Positions 24,701 through 41,099 of a stretch of 64,000 nucleotides of DNA are shown here, one piece after another. The stretch is taken from assembly GCF_006345805.1 (NCBI RefSeq), contig NW_021832829.1, positions 248,001-312,000 on the forward strand, given 5' to 3'. The translations under genes were made by a program, and so were the position numbers. The notes below the pieces were generated by a model. It was not told where the DNA came from. It did not search any database and saw only the letters and a program-made list of their open reading frames with translations. Within the stretch, counting starts at the first letter, position 1. Each line of letters begins with the position of its first letter. Origin of the DNA: Octopus sinensis (lineage: Eukaryota).

Positions 24701-27700
24701 TTTTATGCAATTAATCAGGTTCTTGTCTTACCAAAATTACAAAAAACAAACCTGCAGGCATTTGACACCATTTCAAATCAACCTGAAATTACTTCTTCCA
24801 ATATTTTTTCAGATCATGAACTTATTCTAGTTAATTGGTTAAACAAAGTTTATCGATGGAGCATTACTAACATTTGGAAAAAATTCGACCCGCAAAATTG
24901 TTTAAAAATCAATAACTAAATAAATTTAGATGCTCTGTTGGAAAATAGGCATGTCTTGAATATTGAAACAGATTTGAAAGATTCGATCATTTTGATAAGT
25001 GTAATCTTATCGTATTGCCCCTTTTTGGTACTTAATACTATTTAAATTTGTTCCCAGGCTCCTGATACTATTTTTCAAGTTAAAATAAATCCTCAAACTA
25101 GCGAGGAATATTTCCACAATGCTTTACTTTTGATGAAACTAATGCGGTCCATATCTTTGGACTATGATATTGTGGTTTGATTTTAATTAATTCTCGATTT
25201 TCAGGCAATAGAAATATTACAGGGCAATCAAATAATCATGATTTTACTTTGTTACTATTTGTATGAAAATCTCAGGACGTTGCTACCAAAAGAAACTGTC
25301 ACATTCAACTCTTATTTTTACATCGAAGTAGAGAAAAAGGTGTTGCTTATTTTTATCACTTTTAGTTAAAAATTACTAATCCTTCACGTTTTCCTATTAC
25401 ATATGTACCTCTGATTACCGGTGATGGGTCAAAAGACTTTTCCCTAAAAAATCACAATTTAATAAAATTGCCTGGCAATAGTTCCAAATTAATCGATATA
25501 AAGTTTTTTGCAAGATTTGTTAAACCGTCAAACGCAACTTTTTATCTTATTTCAAAGTGTCCGGGATATATTGCTGCAGCGAATATTGCTATCAATTTAG
25601 AAGGAAATGTTCAGGAAATTGTACCTTTGGTTTGTAAACAAGATAAATTTATATTTGCGATTTTAGGGTACTTTGAATTTTGCTGCTCCATGTTATTCGT
25701 CTCAAAAACTCAAATTTCCAATCAAAAATCCTTTCAAACAAGATGGCGACTTTGAAATTAAAATAATAGAGGATCCAAAAAAACTTGATCCTATTCACAG
25801 TTGTATCAGTAACTTGACAACACTGGAGGCTTCGAAGAATGTTTCATCTCTTTATTCAAGGGGTAATTTTTTGATTCCACATTTGTAATAGAAACCATAA
25901 AAATGAAATCATTTCACTGTCACACAAAATCGCTTTTTATAAAATCTGGTTTCACTCAATCCCTTAAACTGGAATTTCTTCCTTTGTTCAGCGGAAAACA
26001 TGAAGAATTACTTATTCTTACATGCAAAGATGTGGGCGAAATAATATACTTTCTTGATGGGAAAGACCTTAATCCAGTGCCTATGCAAGCCACGGCAGTA
26101 ATTGGAACGCATCCTGACCAGTACAACAATTGTTGTATTATATCATAATGTATTATATCTATAGCACCTAGTCACGTTTTACATTGGAGATGTGAACCTA
26201 GTTCTAGAATAAATAACATATTACTTTTACCTCTATTCAATCCTGTATACGAAAAAGTTATATCAAGTCTTGTTCAATCTGTAAATATGAATATCAAATA
26301 TTTAATAGTGCATGTCTAAAAGTGAGTATCAGGTTAGAAAAACGGCAGGAACCATGATCAATAAAAATCTGATTTCAAGAACAATCGAAAGTTTGAAGAC
26401 AGGTCAAAAAAACCATACTGTAACTTGAAAATAGTTTATTCAAGGAACACGTGAATACAAAAATCTTTAAAGTAGAAATAACGGACACGCGAAATTTTTC
26501 TGTCCCAAAGGTTATTGAAGTTCCGTTAGAAACACGACTCAACGACTTTAAATATTCTAAATACAGTGATATATTATCGAAACATGGTATTAAAAATATG
26601 ATTGTTTCAGAGGAGCTTGAGAAAGGAATATTGGAAGTCCCTATTAGTTTCTATAGTAAAGATATTGGTCAATACTGCTGCACTATAAAGTTGAAATGCA
26701 ATGAAGATGTCAGATTGTTCAAAATAATTTGCTCAGTTAATCCAAAAGGAATTCAAGCAAAACTAGAAATGCACTCTCCTGTGCAACAATCGGTGATTCA
26801 GAACATTCCAATTGTAATATTTATATTTTACTTTTAGGTAAATAATTCGAACAATATATGGAAATTAAGTGCAGAAATTGAGGGATCAGAATTTTCGGGA
26901 CCAAAGCAATTAGCTGTGAAAGCGGGAGAAACAATCAGTTATCCTTTAACTTTCTCTCCATTGAGTAAAAAAGCGGTCCATGTTTGAATATTAAGCTTTC
27001 TAACTATCTAAAGGGGAAATTGACCTTGATCAATAGATTGGATAATATTTCAAATATTTTTGATTTGGTCGGTCTTGGAGAAAAATCAACAGCACTCGAA
27101 AACATCGTGATGACCTTACAAGTCAGAACACAGTATTTTTAACTTTTTGATAATTTTAGTGTTACAAAATTTCTTAAGGTTCCTAATGATTCATTTGGTC
27201 GTAGAACTTACAATGTAGTTTTTTACTCTATTTAAGGTTGAAACAAACATTGAGTTTCTTAGCGGTCTATCACGCTTTACTTCGTTACCACAGCGAAATA
27301 CAAATTACACCTTCACTCTTTCTCCCTTGAAACGTGGAATCTATAAAGGAATTATCCAATTTACCACCTGCGAGAGTCCGATTGCGTTTGAAAATAAAAA
27401 TATTTCATTTTTATAGGGAAATTGACAGCGACGGAGACGACATTCTCTCCTACGAATTTGAAAACAATAGCAAAAATGATTCCATAATTTGGTACGGAAT
27501 TGAAATTCAAGTTGATCCTCCAGCTCCAGAAAAATCATTGGATATTAGTTGTCCATGCCATGTAACAATATAATTTTACTGCTATCATAGAGTAAAACTT
27601 CTATACAAGTTGAAGTTACCAATCCTGCAAATTATCCAATTCATTTTCAAGTCGGGATAATCGGCCAGGATTTAGAAGGGCTAAAAGAAATTATCGTAGA

Positions 27701-29495
27701 AAAAAATGCGAGTTACTTCTACGAATTAGAGTACGCTCCGTTATATGTGGGTAGTAGTAAGGGAAGGTAATTTATTTGTATTACAAAATAGTCTTATTTT
27801 CTACAACTCCGAAACAGGAGAATTCTGGTATGAAATTCTAATGACAGCAAAAAATCCTTTACCGCTTAAAATTCCTCTCATTTCATGCGAAATTGGATGG
27901 TTATTTTACAAAAAATTAGACCTCATAGTTGTAAGGAGTTTACAATAACGATTCCCAATCCCACTCAAGAAAGCGTGGTTTTAACACCCCAGATAGAAAA
28001 TGGAGAGTGCTTTCGAATTTCGGAATTGACCGAATGTGGTTTAAATATTCCACCCAACAGCTCTACTGATTCAAAAATCATTTTCATCCCCACAAATATA
28101 GGACGTAAAGGACATGAAGCGACAATTTTCTTTTATTCTCTCAAGTATTTCTACAACAATGATATTGTGTAGTTTGGAAAACTTAGTTATGAGGTAGAAG
28201 GGTTCGGATGTCTTCCAGGAATTCAAGATATACTTACCGTTACTTCATACCCAGGATTCGAATCAACGACTTTTCTCCCATTTCGCAATCCGTTCGATTT
28301 TCCAATCAAATTTTCTTTAAAACTCTCAAGTAAACTAATTAGATTTATGAGCAGATGACTTGGAATTTAAATTAAATCAAAAAATCAATTCTCAGTTACA
28401 AATCAATGAAATGATGGATATTCCCTTAACTTTCAGTCCAAACATGACAATTTCACATTATAATTCGATTTTATCTGTCATTGTGAGACAGAAAAACTCT
28501 AAACTTTGGAGTTTTGAAAAGTAAAATTCTTATTTTGACGAATAAAGCAACGACGGGGAATTGGAATTTCTAGATTCAATCGAATGGACGTTTCCTATCG
28601 AAGGAATAGCTCTTAGCCTGAACAAAACCTATGAAAAACATTTCGTTTTTCAAACTTTATCTAGAAGTCCTTTGGAGAAAGTATATAGATTTATTATGGA
28701 CCCACAAAAAGAAACAAGTGTTAATGTCCTTAGTTTTTTGGAAGCTGAGGAGATATTATTGCAGTGGGAAGGTTTTTAGAATATTGATTTATTAAGAAAT
28801 GGCATGCATATCTAGTAAATTTGAATACAGATGGGCTACTGAAATTAGCGAAATAAATAACGTGTCTGTAGAAGTTATCAAGGCAGTTGAAATCGACGAG
28901 CAGGATCACTTACTTATAAAAGTTATTTTTTACAGTGGAAAACCTATAAAGTGGAATTTATTTCATTATTTGATAGTTACTCTGCAAAGCTTCAGTTTAC
29001 TAAAATCTGTGGAAAACGCTGGAGTTTTCCATTCTCATTTAAAGCCAAAAATCCTATTCCTGACGACACAATAATTATAGAATCCATTGGACTAAACAAA
29101 AACTCGAGCGTATCTTTCCAACTCTCCAGTCACAATAGGTATTATTTATTCATTAATTAAAGCCTTCAATACAAATTCGATGCTTATTTTGAAAAGGGGA
29201 GCGACAAAGAACTATCCGTATCTCCTTCAAGTGGAATATTATCTCCAAATAAATCTGAAAGTACTGAAATATGTATAACCTTCCACCCTTTACAATACGG
29301 AAGAGAAAAGCGTGGGAGTTTGGTTTTAAAAGTATGATGGATGTATAATATATGTAGACCGATGATGTTTTGTGGCTATTTAATGTCATTGGAAAGATTC
29401 CTGATTATCATCCTCCAGTAATTCTAAGGAAGCCTTTTGAAAATATAGTTAATGGACACCAAAATCATTTAAAATTTGATGATTATGTGGTTTAA
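18787..29495 (+). CDS. CFAP47: Cilia- and flagella-associated protein 47 (Ig-like ASH repeats plus CH domain); many tiny introns
   Basis: N-terminus (YDFGSRVA, NLGTAPGEF, NFGNVYYGSNK...NISPE) resembles CFAP47. CH domain LVNWLNKVY...ETDLKDSIILISVILSYCPF. C-terminal YGREKRGSLVLK...WLFNVIGK.P.Y.PP. The 3' end could extend to about 29545. Confidence 0.8.
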
Positions 29496-29699
29496 AATTA
29501 CTAGATTGATATCATTAGGAGACACGGAGATAATTCTTGTATTAACTGATAATTAGTGTAATTCACTAACATGTTTTTAACAATGAATCTTTTAAAAATA
29601 ATAAGAAACCTTCAATTACAAAAAATTTCTTTTAAAAATAAAATTTTTTATTTTCAAATCTGAAATTCTAAAATAATAAGCTTTTAAAATAATTTATGT

Positions 29700-30320
29700 G
29701 ATTAGCACATTAATGGACCCGGCATATTAATGGACCGATAGCATAAATTGCAAAATAAATTATATAAATAAATATTAACCCATTGTAGAGATATGTTTTT
29801 ATATAAATTGTTGGATTTGACTAGGGAAAAACTTGAAAAAATTGGGAAATTCAAAATTTCATCAATAGCAGAGAATTCATTAGACAAGAAACAACGATTT
29901 CGAAACAACCATAATGAGAGAAGATATCCGCTTTGTTTTAAACAAATATGTTTATTGCCAAGTATTGGCTATTTATTTATTAGCTAGTCAAAAAATTTGA
30001 TGGCAACCAAGCCACCTATTACTCCAATCATTGCCAGAGGTCCTGGAGACCGTTATATCGCAGATCTTATAGATCTCAGAAGATCTTCAATAATTATTTA
30101 TATGAAGGTTCTACTGGTCATTGACTCATTCACTAAGTATGCTGTTTTAGAACTAGCAAAACTGGAAGTTTTGGAGTTTACTTCAACATTACAAAGAGGA
30201 TCGTATATGATTACAATCGAACAAAACATGACACAACCAGAAATATTCCCTTTCAAAGTTTTATGGGAATTAAAAAAAACCAGACGAGAATGAAATAAAC
30301 GAATTAATGGCATTCGAATA
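29700..30320 (+). mobile_element. rve-type DDE integrase fragment (KRBA2/SCAND3/Ginger-like)
   Basis: PPITPIIARGPGDRYIADLIDL...KVLLVIDSFTKY is the first catalytic Asp region of an integrase core; internally deleted. Confidence 0.6.
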
Positions 30321-30578
30321 AATAGTTGAAAATTTTAATTTTTTGCAATGTGTCGTATACGGGGTTTTTTAATTAAGTTTTAATAAAACTGTTATTTAGA
30401 GTTGCTCTTAACACTAGAAATTGTAATCAGAAAGTATTAAAGATCGTATTAATCATAAAATTCAAGTCAAATACACTGCGGCCGCAGGCCGCATAGAAAA
30501 CAGTATCAAATTGACTTCGAACAATTAGGGTTTGATTAAGGTTGTCTATCGAAATTGACTTTTAACGTTAGAATATTC

Positions 30579-30731
30579 ATATCTCTAATTTTAAAAGTTT
30601 ACTATTATTATTTTAAAATGAAAATTCTCTAAATATATTAAACACTATAATAATTAATCAATAATATCTCTAATTTTAAAAGTTTACTATTATTATTTTA
30701 CAATGAAAACTCTCTAAATATATTAAACACT
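30579..30731. repeat. Tandem direct duplication, about 68-bp unit with 85-bp period
   Basis: ATATCTCTAATTTTAAAAGTTTACTATTATTATTTT...TATTAAACACT at 30579-30646 and 30664-30731. Confidence 0.9.
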
Positions 30732-30739
30732 CCAATCTT

Positions 30740-31720
30740 AGGTTGAGGTATATCCACTGCTATTGCGAATAAGAAACAAAAGCTAGTTTTAACCCTGAAA
30801 AGAATCTCCAAACTCGGTGCACATGTGGGCTATTTCTCATTAAAAATTATCTTTGTATCCCGCGTCTTACTTACTTCGTTCATCTCCGTGTTTCCGGGAA
30901 CCCGATCTGTTGTGTGACCTGGATTTTATTATTTGGAAGTCAGTCGAGAAATTACTCAATGTTGACTTCTCTGGAAACTAACTTATTTCTGCAATGTTAC
31001 CTCTATGATTTGATAGCATTTAAATCCGCTCGCTAACATCTCTCTTGCTATCTATCTTCGCTCTCTGCATCCAGAAATTTTGTTAATTCTGTCTTTTTTA
31101 CTCTGCAGAACATTTCAAACTGACTGAATTTTCTTCTGTCCTCGAAGTTTAAACTGCATCTGGTCTTGTCATCCTCGAGCTGGATCATTTGCAGAGAAGT
31201 TGGAATTCCATTCGCTGTAAAGAGATCGTGAAATGCCTAAAAACAAGCGCCGATCAAATCAAACTCGCCTCGATAAATGCAGCTGCGCAGCCACACTCGG
31301 GGGATTGGTTAAATGCCGTGCCACTATCCTCAGCCGGTTTACTCTTGGATAATGAATCAGTTTGACTTGGTACTTGAATACGACTCGAAATCCCTCGTTG
31401 CCACCCTCATCCGTGAAAGTGTGGGAATTTGATAGACTCCGATGGTCTCCACCCTCTTTCCTTCCGGTTAAGCGCTGGACGTACCCCGAGACACTCCAAT
31501 TAGAACAACGTCGTCAAACGGGCTGTTAATGCCACAGACTTTCCTTCGGTTCTGGAGCCCACTGATTTTGATCGTGAAGACGGCAAACGTCCGGACGGAA
31601 TGACGGTCTTCCCATTCACCCAGGAGAAATGTCTCGTATGGAACGTAACCTGTGAGAACACATGTGGTCCAGGGAGCGTTATTCAGTCTGCGTCGTGTCC
31701 CGGCTTCGCGTCTCACCATT
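30740..31720 (+). mobile_element. Degenerate CRE-like non-LTR retrotransposon (RT C-terminus, zinc finger, REL endonuclease)
   Basis: AQPHSGDWLNAVPLSSAGLLLDNE, CHPHP*KCG...DGLH, FPSVLEP...REDGKRPDGMTVFPF...LVWNVTC. Confidence 0.85.
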
Positions 31721-32019
31721 AGTTTCTCTTGTCCTATGAATTTTTTATTGTAATGCGCCTGCTTAAACGCTAGAAAGCTCGTGATGCTTCATCCGGAAGT
31801 CCATTAATATTTGGGCTCCCTATGTGATAAGATGTCCATGACGGCATCACTCGTCAAACATAATCGCAACTTTCTGCACAGGTAACCCTTAAGAGCCGAA
31901 CCCGGGACCAATAAGGTTATTAGATTAGTTGTGAAATTGTTCTCACAAATTCACTGGCACGGGGAGTCGAATAAACAAGAGAACATTAGAACAAAAAATC
32001 ATTTATTATTATTAATCCA

Positions 32020-34732
<2,713 letters not shown>

Positions 34733-35023
34733 TCAATATATTATTTTATTACTTGTTTTAATATAAGTAAACAAAATTCCAATATTATAAGTAAAATAGA
34801 TAATTTTCTTTATAATCTTTTATTAATCAAAGTATATTATTAAGAATATTGTATTTCTTTAATCGATAAAATGTATATAAAATTTATAATATTTTTCATT
34901 AAACTAATCTTTAGAATAATTGTTATCAATAAATATTGTTTTATATAAAGATATATACAATTTTTAAAACAAAAAATATTACTCAATAAAAATCAATTTT
35001 GTTTGTGGAATTGCCTATCAAAA

Positions 35024-37233
35024 ATGTACGTATTCTTCGTATTTGAAGCAAAGAGAGAGAATATTTCAATGTAATTTTCTACTCACTACATCTATCAGCT
35101 GCTCCAATCTCCGAGTCATTACCGGCAAAGACTTAAAGAAGCAAATATTTATTCAATTCGAGATTCCCGAGCTCTCCCAAATGATTCTAAAATCTGGTGG
35201 TCAGCTCTTAGATCTAAACGAGGAGATTCTCATTACCGATCACGACCACGTTTTTTCAACATGTTGTAATCGTAGGAGAGCATTCCTTTCTTCTTGTACT
35301 CCTTTTCTCATTTGGAATCGGATGTTTCTCCGGACCAGCGACTCGGTTTGGTTTTAGTAATGATTCGCTTAGATAAGTTAATTTCCGAAAATTCTGTTCT
35401 TTTGTTTTGCTTATTTTTTAGTCCAGTCAGGCATTGCTTAAATTGGCACAACTTTTGGGCACGGAAGTCGCTTTACTTTGTCAGAGCTGGACTATCGTAC
35501 ACAAAAGTTACCGACAAACAAATATGTAAGTCTTGAAATGAATTTTAGTGTTAATTCCGAGCACATTAAACACTGTCGAGAGATGCTTGTGAAGTTTAAC
35601 GACAATCTGAAATGTTTCCAAAACTCTGAGTATGCTAGGCTTTAACAGATTGTGTGTAGATTGGACAAATCTCTGAGATTATCCACGTCAATTCCAATTC
35701 TTCCGCCATTTCTTGAGTTTTTCAAATCAATTATCCAGTCAGAAATGAGTGATAACCCGACATTATTTGACATTATCAAATCTGAGGATCTTGTATATTA
35801 TGGACCTTTCTATTGCTAGAAAACAGTGGAGGCAGTTAGTTCTTACGCCAAGTGGTTGAATTCTAACTGCCACGATGTATTTTCTCACCTTAATTCGTTT
35901 CAGTTTAAACAAAAATATTTGGACAAAATTGAGGATATAGATGAGGATCAGAGACTTGTATTTTCTGAAATTGAAGGCGCGTCTGAGTCCCTGGCCACCA
36001 TAGCTCAACTCGTAGACCTAATATTGAACGAAACCCCCGATAAAAATTGTTTCAGCGACATCCCACTTCCTACAAGACTATCCCTGTTCAAATCCATCAG
36101 GAAAATAATGGATATTTCCGAATTTGTCCGAAAAAGTGTTCAAGCCCGCTGTCGGTATAAAAATAACATTTTTCCACCAAAGGCGGTTGTTTGAACTTGG
36201 GGAACGTGCTTCTTCCAAACTGGACAAAATCAAGATTGCCAACATGCAAATGTATTATTTACTTTGGAGATTCGAACCTATAAAAATGATTATGGAAGCT
36301 CCTCATGTCTACATGCTTGCAGTGAGAGAAATAGTTCGTCGCTCAAAAATCAACTCGGCAGTGCAGTCGGTTGTATGTCCTCTCACATTCAAGTGGGTTA
36401 CTACCGTCTTGGAGCAGGGACTTAGAATATCCATTGATGAGTCAGACAGGAGGAAACAATTTGGAAAATTGATAGGAGATCATTTCCTTTGTGGTTTGTT
36501 TGTATATCTCACGGAAGCAAGAGTTCCTAGCATATCCGTAATCATTGTCTATTCTTTCTAGGTGGAATCCTCTGATTTCGACAGTTCCTTGCCTGAAATT
36601 GATTCACAGGATTTTTATAACTTGGAAAGACTATACAAAGACCTGCTTTCTCATCCAATCCTCGAACATTCCAACTTGAATCTCAGCATTTCGAAAGACT
36701 CGAAGGATGACATTCTGTCTTGTTATACTGTGAATGATGGTGATACTAACGTCAAATCACATTCTTCGTTGGATTTGTTTGTTTGAGTCAACTAGACTTT
36801 CTGGATCGAATGGAAAGAACATCCCTCCTGCCGACGATGCTAAGAGAGATGACGGTTTGAATACTTCCAAGCAACTAGTGTCATTCCATACGTATTATTA
36901 TTTAAAAAAGGAATAGAATATCTATTGGGGATAAAGTTATTGCGATTTATGGAAAAGGAAAGTTCCGACTGCTTACTGCTGACTCATCTCAATATGTGCT
37001 TCACCACTCTTCAAAAATGAGCATCAAGGAGATGGCCAGCACTGGTAGAGCGTGTCTATAAATTATAGAAATGCCCAATTGTGGGTCCTACTCTTCGATT
37101 TGCAGTATAGTCGATCGAAAGACGGTTGCTGTCAAGGTTTGGTGCATTTTTAGTAAATTTAGAATCCAGCAGATGGCTGTCAAAAACAGCGCAAAGTAGT
37201 TTTACTGTATGCCACACCGATTTCAATTCATAA
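35024..37233 (+). CDS. RB1CC1: RB1CC1/FIP200 (Atg11/Atg17 family autophagy scaffold), shortened
   Basis: MYVFFV start; MEAPHVYMLAVREIVRRS...ESDRRKQFGKLIGDHFLCGLF...FDSSLPEID matches the RB1CC1 Atg17-like region; ISIGDKVIAIY resembles the Atg11/claw C-terminus. End approximate. Confidence 0.7.
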
Positions 37234-37380
37234 ATGCCCGATTGGTTTTGAGAATTGAAAATTTATTATTTTTAATTCTTTTGTGTTTATTATTTTCAAA
37301 TTATTCTACTGCTCTAATTTGGATTTTTCGTTTAACTTTAGATATTTAATATTTTTAATTATATTTATTTTTGTGGGGTG

Positions 37381-38453
37381 ATGAAAGGTGTCTTATTTGT
37401 AGTTTTATTTAGTCATAAAATCTCCCCATTATCAGCTTGTATCAGAAATAAAGGAATTGTTGATCAGAAATCACGTTGATCCCAATCCGTTACTCCATCA
37501 AATCCCATCTAAATGGGATCTTTTAGGAGATGTTGCTGTCTTGCCTGTATTTTCATTTACTGACGACAAGTGGAGAGGATTCGGTAATTTGCCCGATTAA
37601 TATTTTCCAGGAGACGAACTATGGAGAATCGTTTGCTCTATTCTGAAGGTTAAACGACTTGCTAAATACTCTAAAATACACGACGATTGTTTTAGAACTC
37701 CCCAAATCTGGTTTATTTATGGCAACGACTCAGCCCTTGTTCATAAACGAGAATTTGGAATTAAGTGATTGGATTTAAGTATTTCATTAGTTATGTCATG
37801 GATATTACTAAATGCATGTTCTGTCCAGGAAATCTGACAGAAAAACAGAGAATATCGAAATTCGACTGCTCCGGCCAAGTTGTGGTTGACCTATTCTCAG
37901 GCTCGGATATTAGTTTAAAAATCAGTAGGAATTGGCTACTTTACTCTTTGTTATCTAAAATATTCAAAAGCACAGCACGTCTATGCATGTGAATGGAATC
38001 CCTCTGCTTGTAGTGCTTTAAGAACAAACCTTGTCCTCAATAATGTTGCGGAACGATGCACTGTTCTTGAGGGAGATTGTCGAATTGTACTGGTCTTTGG
38101 GTATTTTGAAGTTCTCCCCGGTCGGAGTAGCTGATCACGTCAATCTTGGGCTGATTCCGAGTTCTAGTATCGGGTGGAGTGTTGCCTGTAAGGCGTTGAA
38201 TCAGGAAAAAGGTGGAATTCTACATATTCATGGGCTAACACGAACATGTAGTAGTAAAATTACATCATTCGAACAACTTGGGGTGGTTCCTACTCCAGAA
38301 GAGTGGGAGGCATTCGTAATAGATGAGATTTCAAACATATTTAGCCACATTTGTAATACAAAGTGGAAGGTTGTGTCGATTGGGATTTATAAAATCAAAA
38401 AATACGCTCCGCGTGTATTACATTCTGTTATTGATTTGCAATGTGTTCCTTGA
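37381..38453 (+). CDS. TRMT12: tRNA wybutosine-synthesizing protein 2
   Basis: KWDLLGDVAVL, DITKCMFCPGNLTEKQRI, VVVDLFSG-IGYFTL, VYACEWNP, ADHVNLGLIPSS..GW and GGILHIH. Confidence 0.9.
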
Positions 38454-38974
38454 ATTTATTTATAGTCCTTATTTCATTATCTTTTTATGAAATCAATATG
38501 TAAAATAAAGTCAAATCTCAACTAATTAATTAACTTTGTTGTGTTTTTTAGAGTTGTTTCGTGAATTGTCTAAAATTATGAAATCTTTCCGTCTCGTCTG
38601 TAATTTGCATTCTTTTTAACTGAGTTTGAGAGAGCATATTTGTTTTTTACGATTATACTTTGCAATGTTTTCTTTAATCCAACTGTCTGTATATATGTTT
38701 TGACACTTTCTTTGTCAGTATATATGTTTGGACACGTTATTCCTTTTTCACAGATTTTAGATTATACATTGAGATGACCTCTACTTCAAGGATATATATT
38801 AAATTCTCTTTTTTTAAAAAAATATATCAAGTTTGTTATATATTTTATTTCTGACGGTAGCAATTGTCATATTATTGTATTTCCGAATTAAATGCATGTA
38901 AATACACGTTGCAATCTTATCATTCTTTCTAATTAACATTAATCTTAATTATTTATCATTGAATATATTGATCA

Positions 38975-39270
38975 TTGAATATATTCATCTGCCACTTCCC
39001 CCGGGTCCGCCGCGGAAAAGGCTGAGACGGCCAAAATTAAAAAATACCAAGAACTTGGACGCCGTTTTATATTCGTACCAATCGCTTTGGAGACATCGGG
39101 CGTCGCAGGGCCTCTAACCTCGGCCTTCATCAGCGACATCGGGAGTAAATTGGCCCACAGGACGAAAGAGCCACGCGAGGTTTCGTGGCTATTGCAGCGG
39201 ATATCCATCGCCATTCTCCGTGGTAACACGCATGCGGTACTTTCCGCAGGAGGGTGCGAGCTTTAGCCCC
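38975..39270 (+). mobile_element. CRE-like non-LTR 3' fragment (REL endonuclease C-terminus), open reading
   Basis: AAEKAETAKIKKYQELGRRFIFVPIALETSG...WLLQRISIAILRGN, GC-rich within an AT-rich flank. Confidence 0.85.
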
Positions 39271-39619
39271 CCCAGAATTTCCCCTCTGTACATTCCTAAC
39301 TTAATTTGTTTTGCTTTTTAATGTTGAAATATATTGATTAACCACAAATCAATATTTAATTTTCGACATTTTATTCGCTTTTTAAGCACAGTGGTAAACG
39401 TATTTGTTCCCAATACAGTAAATGTTTCAGTAAACTTTCCCTGTGCAATCGAAAAAGGCACTGGAGAATTAATTCCTAGTGGAAACCGAATATTTTGATA
39501 AAACTATTAAGAACAAACACCAATAAAAATTAAAGTAAACAAGAATAAAAAGTTGATCAAAATATAAAAAAAACGTCACAATTAATTAAACCCGGGAGTT
39601 TTTTTATAGCCACAAGTGA

Positions 39620-40865
39620 AACTTCGCTTTAAAAAGTTGGCTACAGACGACCGTAGGGACGACTTTTTGCGTCGAACAAAATTATGGAGAATTGAATAAT
39701 CAGTATCTTGTCAATACAAATACATGTCAAACCAGAAATATTCAAATTAAAGAATTCCGATTTATTCAAGTAGTCAAAAGGTTTCTTTCCATCGAAATCC
39801 AATATCTGATTGTTGCACTCTACAAACATTTCACACGACTTGTTACTGAATTCCATGACGAGGACACTGACAGCCTTCCAACTCTTAGAAATGACGCCAA
39901 CGTGAAGAGGCGTAGAACCCTACAAATGTCAACCACACAAATACCGTCTAAACAAATATACTCAAAAACAACGAAATAACTAAACAATTTAAAACGTGCT
40001 TACATGCTAAAATAGTAATAAATAAAATTACAGTTCTTCGGTCGAAATCAGCTGAATTTTGCCACAACCAACGTAAAACGTCCGCGTTGTTTTTCCGTGC
40101 TGCACAATGAGCGGATGTCTTTGATAAATACAAAATTTATACTTACAAACTAAAGAAGTAGTGTAAACAATTCGACATAAATAAATTTACATAAGAAAAT
40201 ACAAACCCCCTAGATAATAGAGCACAAAAAAAACATTGAATGGATTCTAAAAAGAGCAATCATGATGGTATAGTATGTGTCTGTATCCTTCTAACTAGAC
40301 ATAAACCTGAAGATTTATAATTTCTCGGTTGCTCTTGGCAAAGATAGCCTGCATAGCTTCCAAGTCCATCAGAGACGACGCAATAAGCCAATCGTGTTCG
40401 TCTTTGCTGAACTAGATATTTAGTCACGTGCATAAATACAGTTTTATAGAACTCCTGACTGGAACTTTTTCTTGGATTACTCAACGTAGGCACAGATTGA
40501 GATGAGCCGTGTTTTTCTATTTTATTTAACACTGGTTGTGTGATATTGTTGTCAAGTGAATTATCTTCTCCTACTCTGTCTGAAGTTATTTGACGCGGAA
40601 TAGCAATTAGAGTCTAAGAATATTTATGGATGAATACTCTGTTGAGTTCTTCTTTTTGATGTTGGTTAACCTAATACATATAAATAGCATAAAGGCGGGA
40701 ATACAGAATAATTGAGAGTATTTTCATTGACGATATTTTTAGAAGAGGGAAATTTCTGGAAGGTTTGTTCACATTCAGTTTGAGTATTTGTATTCTAAAA
40801 TAGTAAAAAAATCAAACGGGTTCGTCAAAGAATGTTCCTTCAAACAGATCTTCGAAATTGAACAT
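39620..40865 (-). CDS. Small ankyrin-repeat protein, multi-exon
   Basis: ATG at 40865 (MFNFEDLFEG); TSAHCAARKNNADVLRWL, GSTPLHVGVISKSWKAVSVLV and DFDGKKPFDY ankyrin motifs. 3' end approximate. Confidence 0.65.
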
Positions 40866-41099
40866 TAAGTTTCTTTTTATTATTCGCTATTTTGTTAAAA
40901 TAAATTAAATTAGTATATTTTTAAGTGAATTAAAACTAAAATAATGTAATAAGTGTACACACAAAAAGTGGCCGGTTAAAATAATCCAGAAAATTTTAAT
41001 ATAATTTATATAATACTTTTATCATAAAAATATAATCTTTATCAAACATTTTGTCTCACAATATATATTAGTTAAATAATTTTTTTTTATTTCAAGGTC

